Shown here in pieces: positions 1 to 7,382 of a stretch of 26,829 nucleotides of DNA. The notes beneath the pieces are model-generated. The model saw only the letters and a program-made list of their open reading frames with translations, had not been told where the DNA came from and did not search any database. The stretch comes from a virus. Lineage: Duplodnaviria; Caudoviricetes. A program made the translations under genes and the position numbers. The stretch is taken from positions 1 to 26,829 of IMG/VR virus record IMGVR_UViG_3300010376_000114; one strand, 5' to 3'. Position 1 is the first letter of the stretch. Every line of letters starts with the position of its first letter.

Positions 1-2
1 AG

Positions 3-710
3 GATCACCGCGACGAGGTGACCATCAGCTATCCGCAGGCGGTGCATGAGTTCATCCGGGAGGAAGTCCCCAAATGGGAGGCGCGCTGCCGCGCGGCTTT
101 GGAAAACTTCGATCTGCTCTCCCCCGACAGCGCCGGCGCGCTCGTCTCGCTCGCCTATAACCGCGGGGTCGGCGGCTTCCACTCCTCGCTGCCGCGCTAT
201 GCCGAGATGCGCAAGATCACCGACCTGATGGCGGCGGCCCAGTATGCGCTGATCCCGACTGAGATCGCCGCCATGGCGCGGCTGTGGCCAAACGAAACCG
301 GGCTGCAGGTGCGTCGCCGTCAGGAGGCGGCGCTGTTTGCCAAAGGCGTCAAGGATTGCAAGCAACCCGGATCGGTTGTAGTAGCAACCGCGCCGCCACC
401 GCCGGCCACGCCGGCCAAACCCCAGGAGAGACCCGTGACCGTGACGCCCGTGACCACCCATCCCGACGTTGTAGCGGAGATCGAGGCCGCGCTTGAGGCC
501 GCGGAAAACGAGCTGCCGCAGCTTCTGTCGGTGCTGTCGATCTTCATCCCGGGGCTCAATGCGCTGCGCCCGTTCCTGTCGCTTCTGCCGGTGGCGATCG
601 AGGCGGTCAAGACTATCCACACCATCGAGGGGCAGGGGACCCAGTCCGCCGTCGCTTCGGTGGTGCAGACGCTTACCCCGGGGCAGCCGGGGGCACCCTC
701 GCTCAACTAA
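3..710 (+). CDS. Endolysin, T4-lysozyme-like (GH24/pesticin-type muramidase) C-terminal lobe plus Pro/Thr linker and hydrophobic tail; 5'-truncated by the window edge
   Basis: Frame is open from base 3. GALVSLAYNRG and GLQVRRRQEAALF match the lysozyme-fold ALvSfxyNxG ... GLxxRRxxExxLF motifs. The catalytic N-terminal part is not in the window. Confidence 0.8.
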   Translation, partial: DHRDEVTISYPQAVHEFIREEVPKWEARCRAALENFDLLSPDSAGALVSLAYNRGVGGFHSSLPRYAEMRKITDLMAAAQYALIPTEIAAMARLWPNETGLQVRRRQEAALFAKGVKDCKQPGSVVVATAPPPPATPAKPQERPVTVTPVTTHPDVVAEIEAALEAAENELPQLLSVLSIFIPGLNALRPFLSLLPVAIEAVKTIHTIEGQGTQSAVASVVQTLTPGQPGAPSLN

Positions 711-723
711 ATGGCCGGAAAGA

Positions 724-763
724 GCAAGGCGCGAGGGTCGGAAAACCGACCCTTGCCTTGTTT
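724..763 (+). terminator. Strong hairpin, probable intrinsic terminator after the endolysin
   Basis: AGGGTCGG(734-741)-AAAA-CCGACCCT(746-753), extended by GCAAGGC(724-730)/GCCTTGT(755-761). Only a short T tail (TTGTTT) follows. Confidence 0.55.
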
Positions 764-790
764 GGGAAATTACGTTTACCTTCTCGCCCC

Positions 791-1129
791 ATGGCGACCG
801 AGCCTGGACTTACGACCTTTGAGTTGCTGACCATCATCGGCTCAGTCATGGTCGGCACCGGCGCGGTGGTGGCGGCGGTGTTCTCGGGCGCCAACTCGCT
901 GCGCCAGGAGCTGTGGAAGGGGATCGCCAAGGTTTCGCAGTGGCAGGTCACCCATGACCGCAAGGATGACCATCGCTTTCAAATCATCGATCAGCAATTA
1001 TCGGATATAACCTATCGCAACAGCGTCAAGGATGGGGTGAAGCCGCGGCCGCATCGCCCCATCAACGACATTGTCGCCGAACTGGAGAACGGTCGCCATG
1101 GTGGCCAGGAAGAGGAGGGGGATGATTGA
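791..1129 (+). CDS. Single-TM membrane protein with soluble helical C-terminus (holin/antiholin-like candidate)
   Basis: ATG 791; hydrophobic LLTIIGSVMVGTGAVVAAVF; adjacent to the endolysin. Function is inferred from position only. Confidence 0.55.
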   Translation: MATEPGLTTFELLTIIGSVMVGTGAVVAAVFSGANSLRQELWKGIAKVSQWQVTHDRKDDHRFQIIDQQLSDITYRNSVKDGVKPRPHRPINDIVAELENGRHGGQEEEGDD

Positions 1130-1373
1130 TCTGCCGCGGTTTCACCGCGCGCAGGCGGAGCCGCTCGCCGAGGCCGATCTCACTCCCACCGCCATCGATC
1201 TGCCGGCGCGCGAGGTGATCGAGGCCGGGGTCAGCAAGTTCTTTGAGATGGCCAACCTCTACTGGCCGGCCAAGGGCGGGGTGATCTCCTTCGACCCGCG
1301 CAACAAGGCGCAGCTACGCATGGCACTGGGGCTGGTGTACATGGCGATGAAGGAGATCGACGATGCCGATTAA
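1122..1373 (+). CDS. Hypothetical protein (83 aa)
   Basis: ATG 1122 preceded by GAGGAGGGGG; overlaps upstream stop and downstream start; GC3-rich codons. Confidence 0.7.
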   Translation: MIDLPRFHRAQAEPLAEADLTPTAIDLPAREVIEAGVSKFFEMANLYWPAKGGVISFDPRNKAQLRMALGLVYMAMKEIDDAD

Positions 1374-1770
1374 CGTCCAGGACCCGCCCGCAATCTATGA
1401 TCACATGCCCTCCAAACCGATCGTGCGCCAGCAGCTGCCGCTGGAGAAGGTCAACAAGATTTGCCGCGAGCTGATCACCCACCCGGAGCTGGTGCCCGCC
1501 GGGCAGACCATCTTTGCCTGCACCACGCAGGGCACCGAGGCCTGCTTCACCTTGATGGCGAAGATCGACTACAAGGTGATCGACCCCAATGACCAGATGC
1601 GGATCGTCCGCCACGAGAACGCCCATTGCAATGGCTGGACCCCTGATCACCCGGGCGCCTCGCCCTACCGGGTGATCCAGGTGCCGGCCGACGAGGTGAA
1701 GGCGCTGCGCGCCGCCACCATCCCCACCGTCAAGCTCGGGATCGGCGACTATGAGGAGATCAGCCGATGA
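1363..1770 (+). CDS. Small HExxH (zincin-motif) protein, putative metallopeptidase
   Basis: RBS AAGGAG upstream; IVRHENAHCNGWTPDH motif; several Cys. Confidence 0.6.
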   Translation: MPINVQDPPAIYDHMPSKPIVRQQLPLEKVNKICRELITHPELVPAGQTIFACTTQGTEACFTLMAKIDYKVIDPNDQMRIVRHENAHCNGWTPDHPGASPYRVIQVPADEVKALRAATIPTVKLGIGDYEEISR

Positions 1771-1955
1771 GGCTCTCCGATTACGTCATCGGCGCGATGA
1801 TTGGACTTGTGATGCTGATGCTGGTATTCACCTTCACCGCCGAAGTCCACTTCGTCCTGAAATACTGGAACTATGAGCCTCCTGGAGCAGGTTCGTCAGA
1901 TACCGCCCGCGCGCGCCGCCCCCTTTCCGCGCGCGAGGTTTCTGGAGTTCCTTAA
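1767..1955 (+). CDS. Small single-TM protein
   Basis: ATGA overlap with upstream gene, RBS GAGGAG, hydrophobic VIGAMIGLVMLMLVFTF; 3' end overlaps TerL by 83 nt. Confidence 0.55.
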   Translation: MRLSDYVIGAMIGLVMLMLVFTFTAEVHFVLKYWNYEPPGAGSSDTARARRPLSAREVSGVP

Positions 1956-3714
1956 GGTCCTGCGCATCCAGACCAAGGACTTCGGCATGGTGTCGATGGC
2001 CGACAACATGCTGGGCACCCAGACCTATGTGCTCGATCAGCTGTGCGAAGGCATCGAGCGTGGGATCACCAAGTTCCTGATCCTCAAGGCCCGCCAGCTG
2101 GGCATGACCACGTTCTTCATCGCGCTCGACCTGTTCTGGGCGATGGAGCACGCTGGTCTGCTCGGCGCCTTCGTCTCCCATACCGATCAGGCCAAGGCGC
2201 TGTTCCGCAACGTCATCAAGGTGTTCTTCTCGCACCTTCCCAAGTCCCACAAGATCAAATGGGATTTGGAAAATCGCGAGATGATCGTGCTCAAGAACGG
2301 GTCGGTGCTGCAATATCTGGTGGCCGGCACCAAGGAGAAGGCCAAGGGCGGGCTGGGGCGATCCTCGGCCAACAACTTTTTACATAAGACCGAGGTGGCG
2401 TTCTGGGGCTCGCCCGATGATCTCAACGAGATCAGCGCCACCATGTCGAAACTCTACCCGCACCGGCTCGATATCGAGGAGACGACCGCCAATGGCTTCA
2501 ACTTCTGGGAGGAGCGCTGGCGCGACGGCAAGGACGATCCCACCATCGCCTGCATCTTCGTCGGCTGGTGGCGTCATGACCATTATACGCTTGCTGATGA
2601 CCACCCGTGGTTCCCCCTCTACATGCCCAAGGGGCACGCGACGCCTCTCACGCGCCTGGAGCGCTCTCGAATGCTGGCGGTGCAGAAGCGCTATGGCGTC
2701 ACCGTCACGCACAACCAGATTGCTTGGTATCGCCACCACCTGGAGTCTGAGGTGGGCGGCGATCAGGCGAAGATGGACGAGCAGTTTCCCTGGCTGGAGG
2801 AGGATGCCTTCGTCGCCACCGGCAGCCAGTTCTTCGTCGCCCAGTTCCTGACCGAGGCGGCCAAGCGGGCGCGCGCGATCCCGTTCATGCCGTTCAAATA
2901 CGAGATGGGCGAGCACTGGTCGCAGACCCAGGTATTCTCGACCCGCGACCAGCGCCGTGCCGAGTTGAAGGTGTGGGAGGAGGCCGATCCCAATGGACGA
3001 TACGTCATCGGATGCGATCCCGCCTATGGAAGCTCTGAAACAGCAGACAGAGCGGTTATCAATGTCTCTCGATGCTTTAGCGACAGACTTGTCCAAGTTG
3101 CGGAGTTTGTTAGCCCAACCGTCTCCACCTATCAATGCGCGTGGGCGCTCTGCCACCTCGCTGGCTACTACCGCAATGTCATGGTTAATCTCGAAATCAA
3201 CGGCCCTGGGGAAGCGGTTTTCAACGAAATAAACGCGCTCCGGCGCGAGACCGCCAACATGTGGGACAAGACCGAGGCGCGCAGCTACGACCTGCGCTAC
3301 GTCTTGACCATGATGCGGCATTTCCTCTATGGCCGCTCCGACTCGATGCAGCAGACGCTCGCCTATCAGTGGCGCACCTCCGGCAACAACAAGCCGCCGA
3401 TGCTCTCCTCCTTCAAGGACGCTTTCGAGCTGCACCGGTATCTCCTCAACTCGATGGCGCTCTTGGAGGAGATGAAAACGATCGTGATCGATGGTGGCTC
3501 GATCCAGGCCGAGACCGGCAAAAAGGACGACCGGGTGATGGCTGCCGCGCTCGCGCATGAGGCGTGGCGGCGCTGGCGCCAGCCCGAGCTGGTCGCTCTT
3601 GGCTTGACCTATGCCGAGGCCTATAAGGAGCGGGCCAACAATGCCTCCGCCCAGGCCGAGCGGATGGCGATCAACTACCTGCACGCCATGAAAATCGGGG
3701 TTCCCGGGCAATGA
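1873..3714 (+). CDS. terL: Terminase large subunit
   Basis: Walker A ILKARQLGMTT, Walker B-like FLHKTEVAFW, coupling motif EETTANG, RNase H-like nuclease motifs IGCDPAYG, LEINGPG and KKDDRVMAAALA. Confidence 0.95.
   Translation: MSLLEQVRQIPPARAAPFPRARFLEFLKVLRIQTKDFGMVSMADNMLGTQTYVLDQLCEGIERGITKFLILKARQLGMTTFFIALDLFWAMEHAGLLGAFVSHTDQAKALFRNVIKVFFSHLPKSHKIKWDLENREMIVLKNGSVLQYLVAGTKEKAKGGLGRSSANNFLHKTEVAFWGSPDDLNEISATMSKLYPHRLDIEETTANGFNFWEERWRDGKDDPTIACIFVGWWRHDHYTLADDHPWFPLYMPKGHATPLTRLERSRMLAVQKRYGVTVTHNQIAWYRHHLESEVGGDQAKMDEQFPWLEEDAFVATGSQFFVAQFLTEAAKRARAIPFMPFKYEMGEHWSQTQVFSTRDQRRAELKVWEEADPNGRYVIGCDPAYGSSETADRAVINVSRCFSDRLVQVAEFVSPTVSTYQCAWALCHLAGYYRNVMVNLEINGPGEAVFNEINALRRETANMWDKTEARSYDLRYVLTMMRHFLYGRSDSMQQTLAYQWRTSGNNKPPMLSSFKDAFELHRYLLNSMALLEEMKTIVIDGGSIQAETGKKDDRVMAAALAHEAWRRWRQPELVALGLTYAEAYKERANNASAQAERMAINYLHAMKIGVPGQ
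2993..3232 (+). CDS. Candidate overprinted gene (+1 frame inside terL), 79 aa, coiled-coil-like
   Basis: AGGAGG at 2978-2983, 9 nt before ATG 2993; terL third-position GC drops over this interval; heptad-like MEALKQQTERLSMSLDALATDLSKLRSLL. Confidence 0.5.
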   Translation: MDDTSSDAIPPMEALKQQTERLSMSLDALATDLSKLRSLLAQPSPPINARGRSATSLATTAMSWLISKSTALGKRFSTK

Positions 3715-4160
3715 CATACGAGCAGGGCCACCGGCGCGGGGGCCTGCGCCCGCGCGGCGCCAAAAAGATGACACCGACCACGTTCGAGGAGATGGGCGAT
3801 CCGCTGCGCCCGCCGCTGCCGCGCTATTCCCCGCAGCAGCGGGTGGTGCCGCAGAACGTGTTGCGCGAGAAGGATGACCAGGACGATCCGCGCAAGGGCG
3901 ACCCGGCGGCAACGCTTGCCGACTATGTCGAGAACTACTGGGTGCAGCAGCTGCAAGCGATCAGGCTGCGCTGCTGGCGCTGCAAGAAGGACTCGCCGGT
4001 GATCTTCGTGCGGGTCGGCTCGTTGTTGTTCGGCGCCCGTCCCAAGCCCTGGCAGATCGACACCACCAAATCGACGATCGAGGAGTGCGCCAAGGTCGGC
4101 TGGAAGCTGCAGCTGCGCGCCGCCTATTGTCCCGAGTGCAAGAACCTGGGGTCGGTGTAG
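3711..4160 (+). CDS. Zn-ribbon protein (CxxC...CxxC)
   Basis: ATGA overlap with terL stop (alternative start 3768); CWRC and CPEC pairs. Confidence 0.7.
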   Translation: MTYEQGHRRGGLRPRGAKKMTPTTFEEMGDPLRPPLPRYSPQQRVVPQNVLREKDDQDDPRKGDPAATLADYVENYWVQQLQAIRLRCWRCKKDSPVIFVRVGSLLFGARPKPWQIDTTKSTIEECAKVGWKLQLRAAYCPECKNLGSV

Positions 4161-4168
4161 GGGGGTCA

Positions 4169-4510
4169 TTGACGCATGATGAAGTAGTCAGGTGGTTTCG
4201 TAGGTTCAAGCACGATCCGGCGTTCCGCAACGAGCGCGGAGCCCGCACTGTCCCGATCGCCAATCTTGCCGAGTGGGCTGGCATCCCGCGCGCCAACCTC
4301 TATGAGATTTTGCGCGGCAAGCTCGGCATCTCCAGGAACTATCACGACCGGCTGGTGGCGGCGATCGACGCCGTCAAGGCGGGGCTGCGCTGGCAGCGCA
4401 AGGGCGGCCGCTGGCAGGTCACCGATCCCTCGTTCGAGCGCCTGCCGCGCCACGTGCATCCCTATCCGCGCAATGGCCGGCTCGCCGATCGCCGGGAGGC
4501 GCAGTCGTGA
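4169..4510 (+). CDS. Cro/XRE-like helix-turn-helix protein
   Basis: Probable TTG start at 4169 after GGGGGG; VPIANLAEWAGIPRANLYEILRG fits the HTH pattern; GTGA overlap with the next gene. Confidence 0.65.
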   Translation: MTHDEVVRWFRRFKHDPAFRNERGARTVPIANLAEWAGIPRANLYEILRGKLGISRNYHDRLVAAIDAVKAGLRWQRKGGRWQVTDPSFERLPRHVHPYPRNGRLADRREAQS

Positions 4511-4992
4511 TCGTCAAGACCTGGGCCTGCCTCAATCGCAACTGCCTCAAGGTCTACGACTCGACCGCAGGCGAGTTCCCGCCCTGCCCGCGCTGCGGCA
4601 TGATCCGGGTGAAGTGGGTGCCGCGGCCGGTGGCGATCAAGAGCGAGCGCACCAAGCAGATCGATGCCACGGTCAAGGAGTTGAAGGAGACCTATGGGTA
4701 TAAAAATTACCGTTCTCCGGTACGCGGTCAAGCTGCCGCCGCCACCACCAATCGCCCAGCTGGATCGCGCGCTCAGCGCTTTGTGCCCAAGGGGTATGAA
4801 GGGTGGGGCGCCGATGTTCCCCTGGACGCGAATGGTAATTTCACCGCCCACTGTGCGCCGACCGGTGTCACGGCCAAGCTCAAGGTCGAGCAGGGACAGC
4901 GAGCTAGTACGACGCGCGTTGGCGATCGAACGATTGGGGTCGGCGGCAACGTCGAATACTCGCACCGGCCGGCTGGAGGCGTCCCCAAGTGA
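4507..4992 (+). CDS. Zn-ribbon protein (FmdB-like N-terminus)
   Basis: RBS GGGAGG, GTG start; WACLNRNC...CPRCG; coupled to the portal by GTGA. Confidence 0.7.
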   Translation: MIVKTWACLNRNCLKVYDSTAGEFPPCPRCGMIRVKWVPRPVAIKSERTKQIDATVKELKETYGYKNYRSPVRGQAAAATTNRPAGSRAQRFVPKGYEGWGADVPLDANGNFTAHCAPTGVTAKLKVEQGQRASTTRVGDRTIGVGGNVEYSHRPAGGVPK

Positions 4993-6716
4993 TCATCCCG
5001 CGCACCAAAAAGTACCGTGACAACACGATCGACGAGATCGCCGAGCTTTGCCTCGGCAGCAAGCGCGACCGTGAGGAGCTATACCTCATGCGTAAGCGCT
5101 ATTTCCACTTCGGCACTGCCGACTATAACATAGAATGCAAGTACAATCGCCTGCAGGCGCATCTCGATCTGGTCTCCTCCTTCCTGTTCGCGCCCGATCA
5201 CTGCCGCTACAACATCGCCGCCCCGCGCAACGCCGCTGATGCGATCATCGAGCAGATCGAGGCGGTGGCGGACGAGTGGAACGACACCTTCCGCGACTCC
5301 GGCCTTGCCGACCTGTTCGCCGACTCGGTGCTGTGGGCGCTGATCCTCGACTCCACCATCATCAAGCTTGGATGGAATGACGCGCGTGAAGAGTTGTTCG
5401 GGAAAATGATATTCCCGTCCGACTTCGCGGTCTATGACGAGACCGAGCCCGATCTCGACTCGCAGGAAGCCTTCGTCCACACCTACTCTCTCAACTGGGA
5501 CAACGCGGTGCAGCGCCTCAAGCGCGCCGGCAAGATCAAGGAGATCAAGCAGCTGGCCCGCTACCCCGGGCAGTACAGCGAGTTTCGCGACCAGATGCCG
5601 CCGGTGCTGGCCAATATGCTGATCTCGCAGACCGGCGGCCCCAATCTCGCGGGCGCCATGGTCGGCCGGGTGAACGTCGATTTCCAGGCCTATGCCACCT
5701 ATCAGTCGGAGTCGAACAATCCGATGGTGCGTTTCCACGAGGTGTGGGTGTGGGATGACGATACCGACGACTACGCGATCTTCACCAAGGCCGACGGGGT
5801 GGATGGGGTCCTTTCCGACAGTCGCGAAACCATCGATGCCATGCGCAAGGCCGACGAGGCGCGCGCTTCCGAGCTTTATCGGGGCTCCTCCAACCTGTTC
5901 GGGATCGAGCAGGAGCACCCGTTCGTCCACGTGTGCCCCTATCGGCTGCATGATTTCTTCTGGGGCAAGGCTCACCTTGACATTTTGATACCGCTGCAGG
6001 TGTGGACCAACGAGCGCCTGCAGCAGATCGCCGACCTACTGGAGCAGAATGTTGATCCGACCAAGATCGGATCGGGCTTCATGGGGCTCACCGATGAGAA
6101 AATGGACGCGCTCGGCGGCGCCGGGAGCTTCGTCTACGACATGATCCCGGGCGCCAAGGTTGAGTTCGAGCGGCCGCCGGTGGTTCCCGACCTGTTTGCC
6201 GAGTTCAAGGAGATCGGTACGATCTTTTTGGAGGCCTCCGGCCTCACCGAGACCATCATGGGGCGCGGCGAACAGGGTATTCGCAGCGAAAAACAGGGCA
6301 AAAGAGCGGTCGCGACCGGCTCGGGACGGCTGCGCAAGGTCGCGGTCGGGCTGGAGGCACCTCTGGTGAAGATCGGCGATGTCGGATTGAAGCTCCTGCA
6401 GCGTAACTCCAAGGAGCGGCTGATCACCGACAGCGGCGCTTTGATGGTCCCAGCCCAGCTGGCGGAGCAGAAAATCAAGATGCGGGTCTCTGGTCACTCG
6501 CATTCTCCGCTGTTTGCCGACGAGGCCAAGGAGATGGCGGCTGGTCTGTTCAAGACCCAGGCGATCGACCGCTTCAGCCTGCTCGACATGACCGATCCGC
6601 CCAACAAGGACGAACTCAAGCACCGTCTGAAAAAGCGCGTAGCGGCGGAAAAGCAGGAGAAGCAGCAGCAGGCCGCGGCGCCAACCAAGCCTTCGCGGCC
6701 GCGCGCCGCTGCCTGA
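4989..6716 (+). CDS. Portal protein
   Basis: 575 aa, between TerL and the head genes. Portal-like segments include YNRLQAHLDLVSSFLF, IIKLGW, HPFVHVCPY..FFWGK and EASGLTETIMGRGEQGIRS. Confidence 0.88.
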   Translation: MIIPRTKKYRDNTIDEIAELCLGSKRDREELYLMRKRYFHFGTADYNIECKYNRLQAHLDLVSSFLFAPDHCRYNIAAPRNAADAIIEQIEAVADEWNDTFRDSGLADLFADSVLWALILDSTIIKLGWNDAREELFGKMIFPSDFAVYDETEPDLDSQEAFVHTYSLNWDNAVQRLKRAGKIKEIKQLARYPGQYSEFRDQMPPVLANMLISQTGGPNLAGAMVGRVNVDFQAYATYQSESNNPMVRFHEVWVWDDDTDDYAIFTKADGVDGVLSDSRETIDAMRKADEARASELYRGSSNLFGIEQEHPFVHVCPYRLHDFFWGKAHLDILIPLQVWTNERLQQIADLLEQNVDPTKIGSGFMGLTDEKMDALGGAGSFVYDMIPGAKVEFERPPVVPDLFAEFKEIGTIFLEASGLTETIMGRGEQGIRSEKQGKRAVATGSGRLRKVAVGLEAPLVKIGDVGLKLLQRNSKERLITDSGALMVPAQLAEQKIKMRVSGHSHSPLFADEAKEMAAGLFKTQAIDRFSLLDMTDPPNKDELKHRLKKRVAAEKQEKQQQAAAPTKPSRPRAAA

Positions 6717-6754
6717 TGTGTCATAATTGCTTCGGAGACGATTTGTAGTAGACT
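6716..6754 (+). promoter_or_regulatory. Promoter copy 1 (ATGTGTCATAAT box; -35 TTGCTT 6727-6732; -10 TAGACT 6749-6754) upstream of the Arg-rich micropeptide
   Basis: AT-rich intergenic segment; sigma70-like TTG...16 nt...TAnnnT; degenerate duplicate of 6894-6933. Confidence 0.6.
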
Positions 6755-6793
6755 GCATCTCCGGTACCAACCCGCAACAACCAGGAGGTACAG

Positions 6794-6832
6794 ATGGCAC
6801 GTCGTCGGCGTCATCGTCGCGGTCGCCGGTAA
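6794..6832 (+). CDS. Protamine-like micropeptide MARRRRHRRGRR (12 aa)
   Basis: A/C-rich leader CCCGCAACAACC, AGGAGG at 6783-6788, 5-nt spacer, then ATG GCA CGT CGT CGG CGT CAT CGT CGC GGT CGC CGG TAA. Promoter upstream, terminator downstream. Confidence 0.8.
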   Translation: MARRRRHRRGRR

Positions 6833-6860
6833 CGGCAAAGCGACATTCACCCCCAAGCAC

Positions 6861-6891
6861 GGCCCCCGCCCAGGCGGGGGTTTTCTTTTTT
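6861..6891 (+). terminator. Rho-independent terminator
   Basis: CCCCCGC(6863-6869)-CCAG-GCGGGGG(6874-6880) followed by TTTTCTTTTTT. Confidence 0.92.
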
Positions 6892-6893
6892 CC

Positions 6894-6933
6894 ATGTGTC
6901 ATAATGTACTTCGGTAAAATTTGGGCGTAGCTT
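6894..6933 (+). promoter_or_regulatory. Promoter copy 2 (ATGTGTCATAAT box; -10 TAGCTT 6928-6933) for the head operon
   Basis: Directly after the terminator; shares ATGTGTCATAAT, CTTCGG, ATTTG and GTAG blocks with 6716-6754. Confidence 0.6.
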
Positions 6934-6941
6934 CCCGCGCC

Positions 6942-7382
6942 ATGCCGCCGTTCCCTGCAACGCCGCCGATGGCTGGTGGATCAGCGCCTCCCGCGCTATC
7001 GCTTCCAAAGTCTCCAGCCGGCGGTCCAGCCGGGCCCGGCGCATCTCCGGCACTCAGCCCCGGTAAGGGTGCTGGGGCTGAGGCCGCTGCGATGGCGACA
7101 GTCAAAGCTGTGATCCCCGCGCTCACCAAGGAGTTGAACTCCTTCCCGATCGGCGACAAGCGTCGGCAGGCCCTGATGCGCGCCGTCACCGCGCTGGAGG
7201 CTCACTTCGGCAAGTCGGAGAACGAGGCCCTGACCGGAGCCTCGATGCAGCAGATGCAACAAGCAACAAAGATGGGGCAGGGGCTCCCGACTGGAAATCC
7301 AATGCCGCCCGGGATGTCACTCGGCGGACCCTCCCCGATAGGGCCGCCTCCCGGGTTGGCAGCAATGGCAGGAGGCATGTGA
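6942..7382 (+). CDS. Pro/Gly-rich head-region protein with a central helical core
   Basis: ATG 6942 with no SD (probably leaderless); low-complexity ends, central AMATVKAVIPALTKEL...ALMRAVTALEAHFG. Confidence 0.7.
   Translation: MPPFPATPPMAGGSAPPALSLPKSPAGGPAGPGASPALSPGKGAGAEAAAMATVKAVIPALTKELNSFPIGDKRRQALMRAVTALEAHFGKSENEALTGASMQQMQQATKMGQGLPTGNPMPPGMSLGGPSPIGPPPGLAAMAGGM

Noticed and set aside
711-830. 39-codon ORF starting ATG immediately after the endolysin stop
   Set aside because: No RBS, runs through the terminator-like hairpin, atypical codons, and overlaps the better gene at 791.
6794-6891. Classical Arg-sensing attenuator (leader peptide plus terminator)
   Set aside because: Not excluded but disfavoured: only a small hairpin over the stop (GCCG-GTAA-CGGC) and no convincing antiterminator pairing with the 5' arm CCCCCGC. 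A second promoter copy after the terminator makes read-through control unnecessary.
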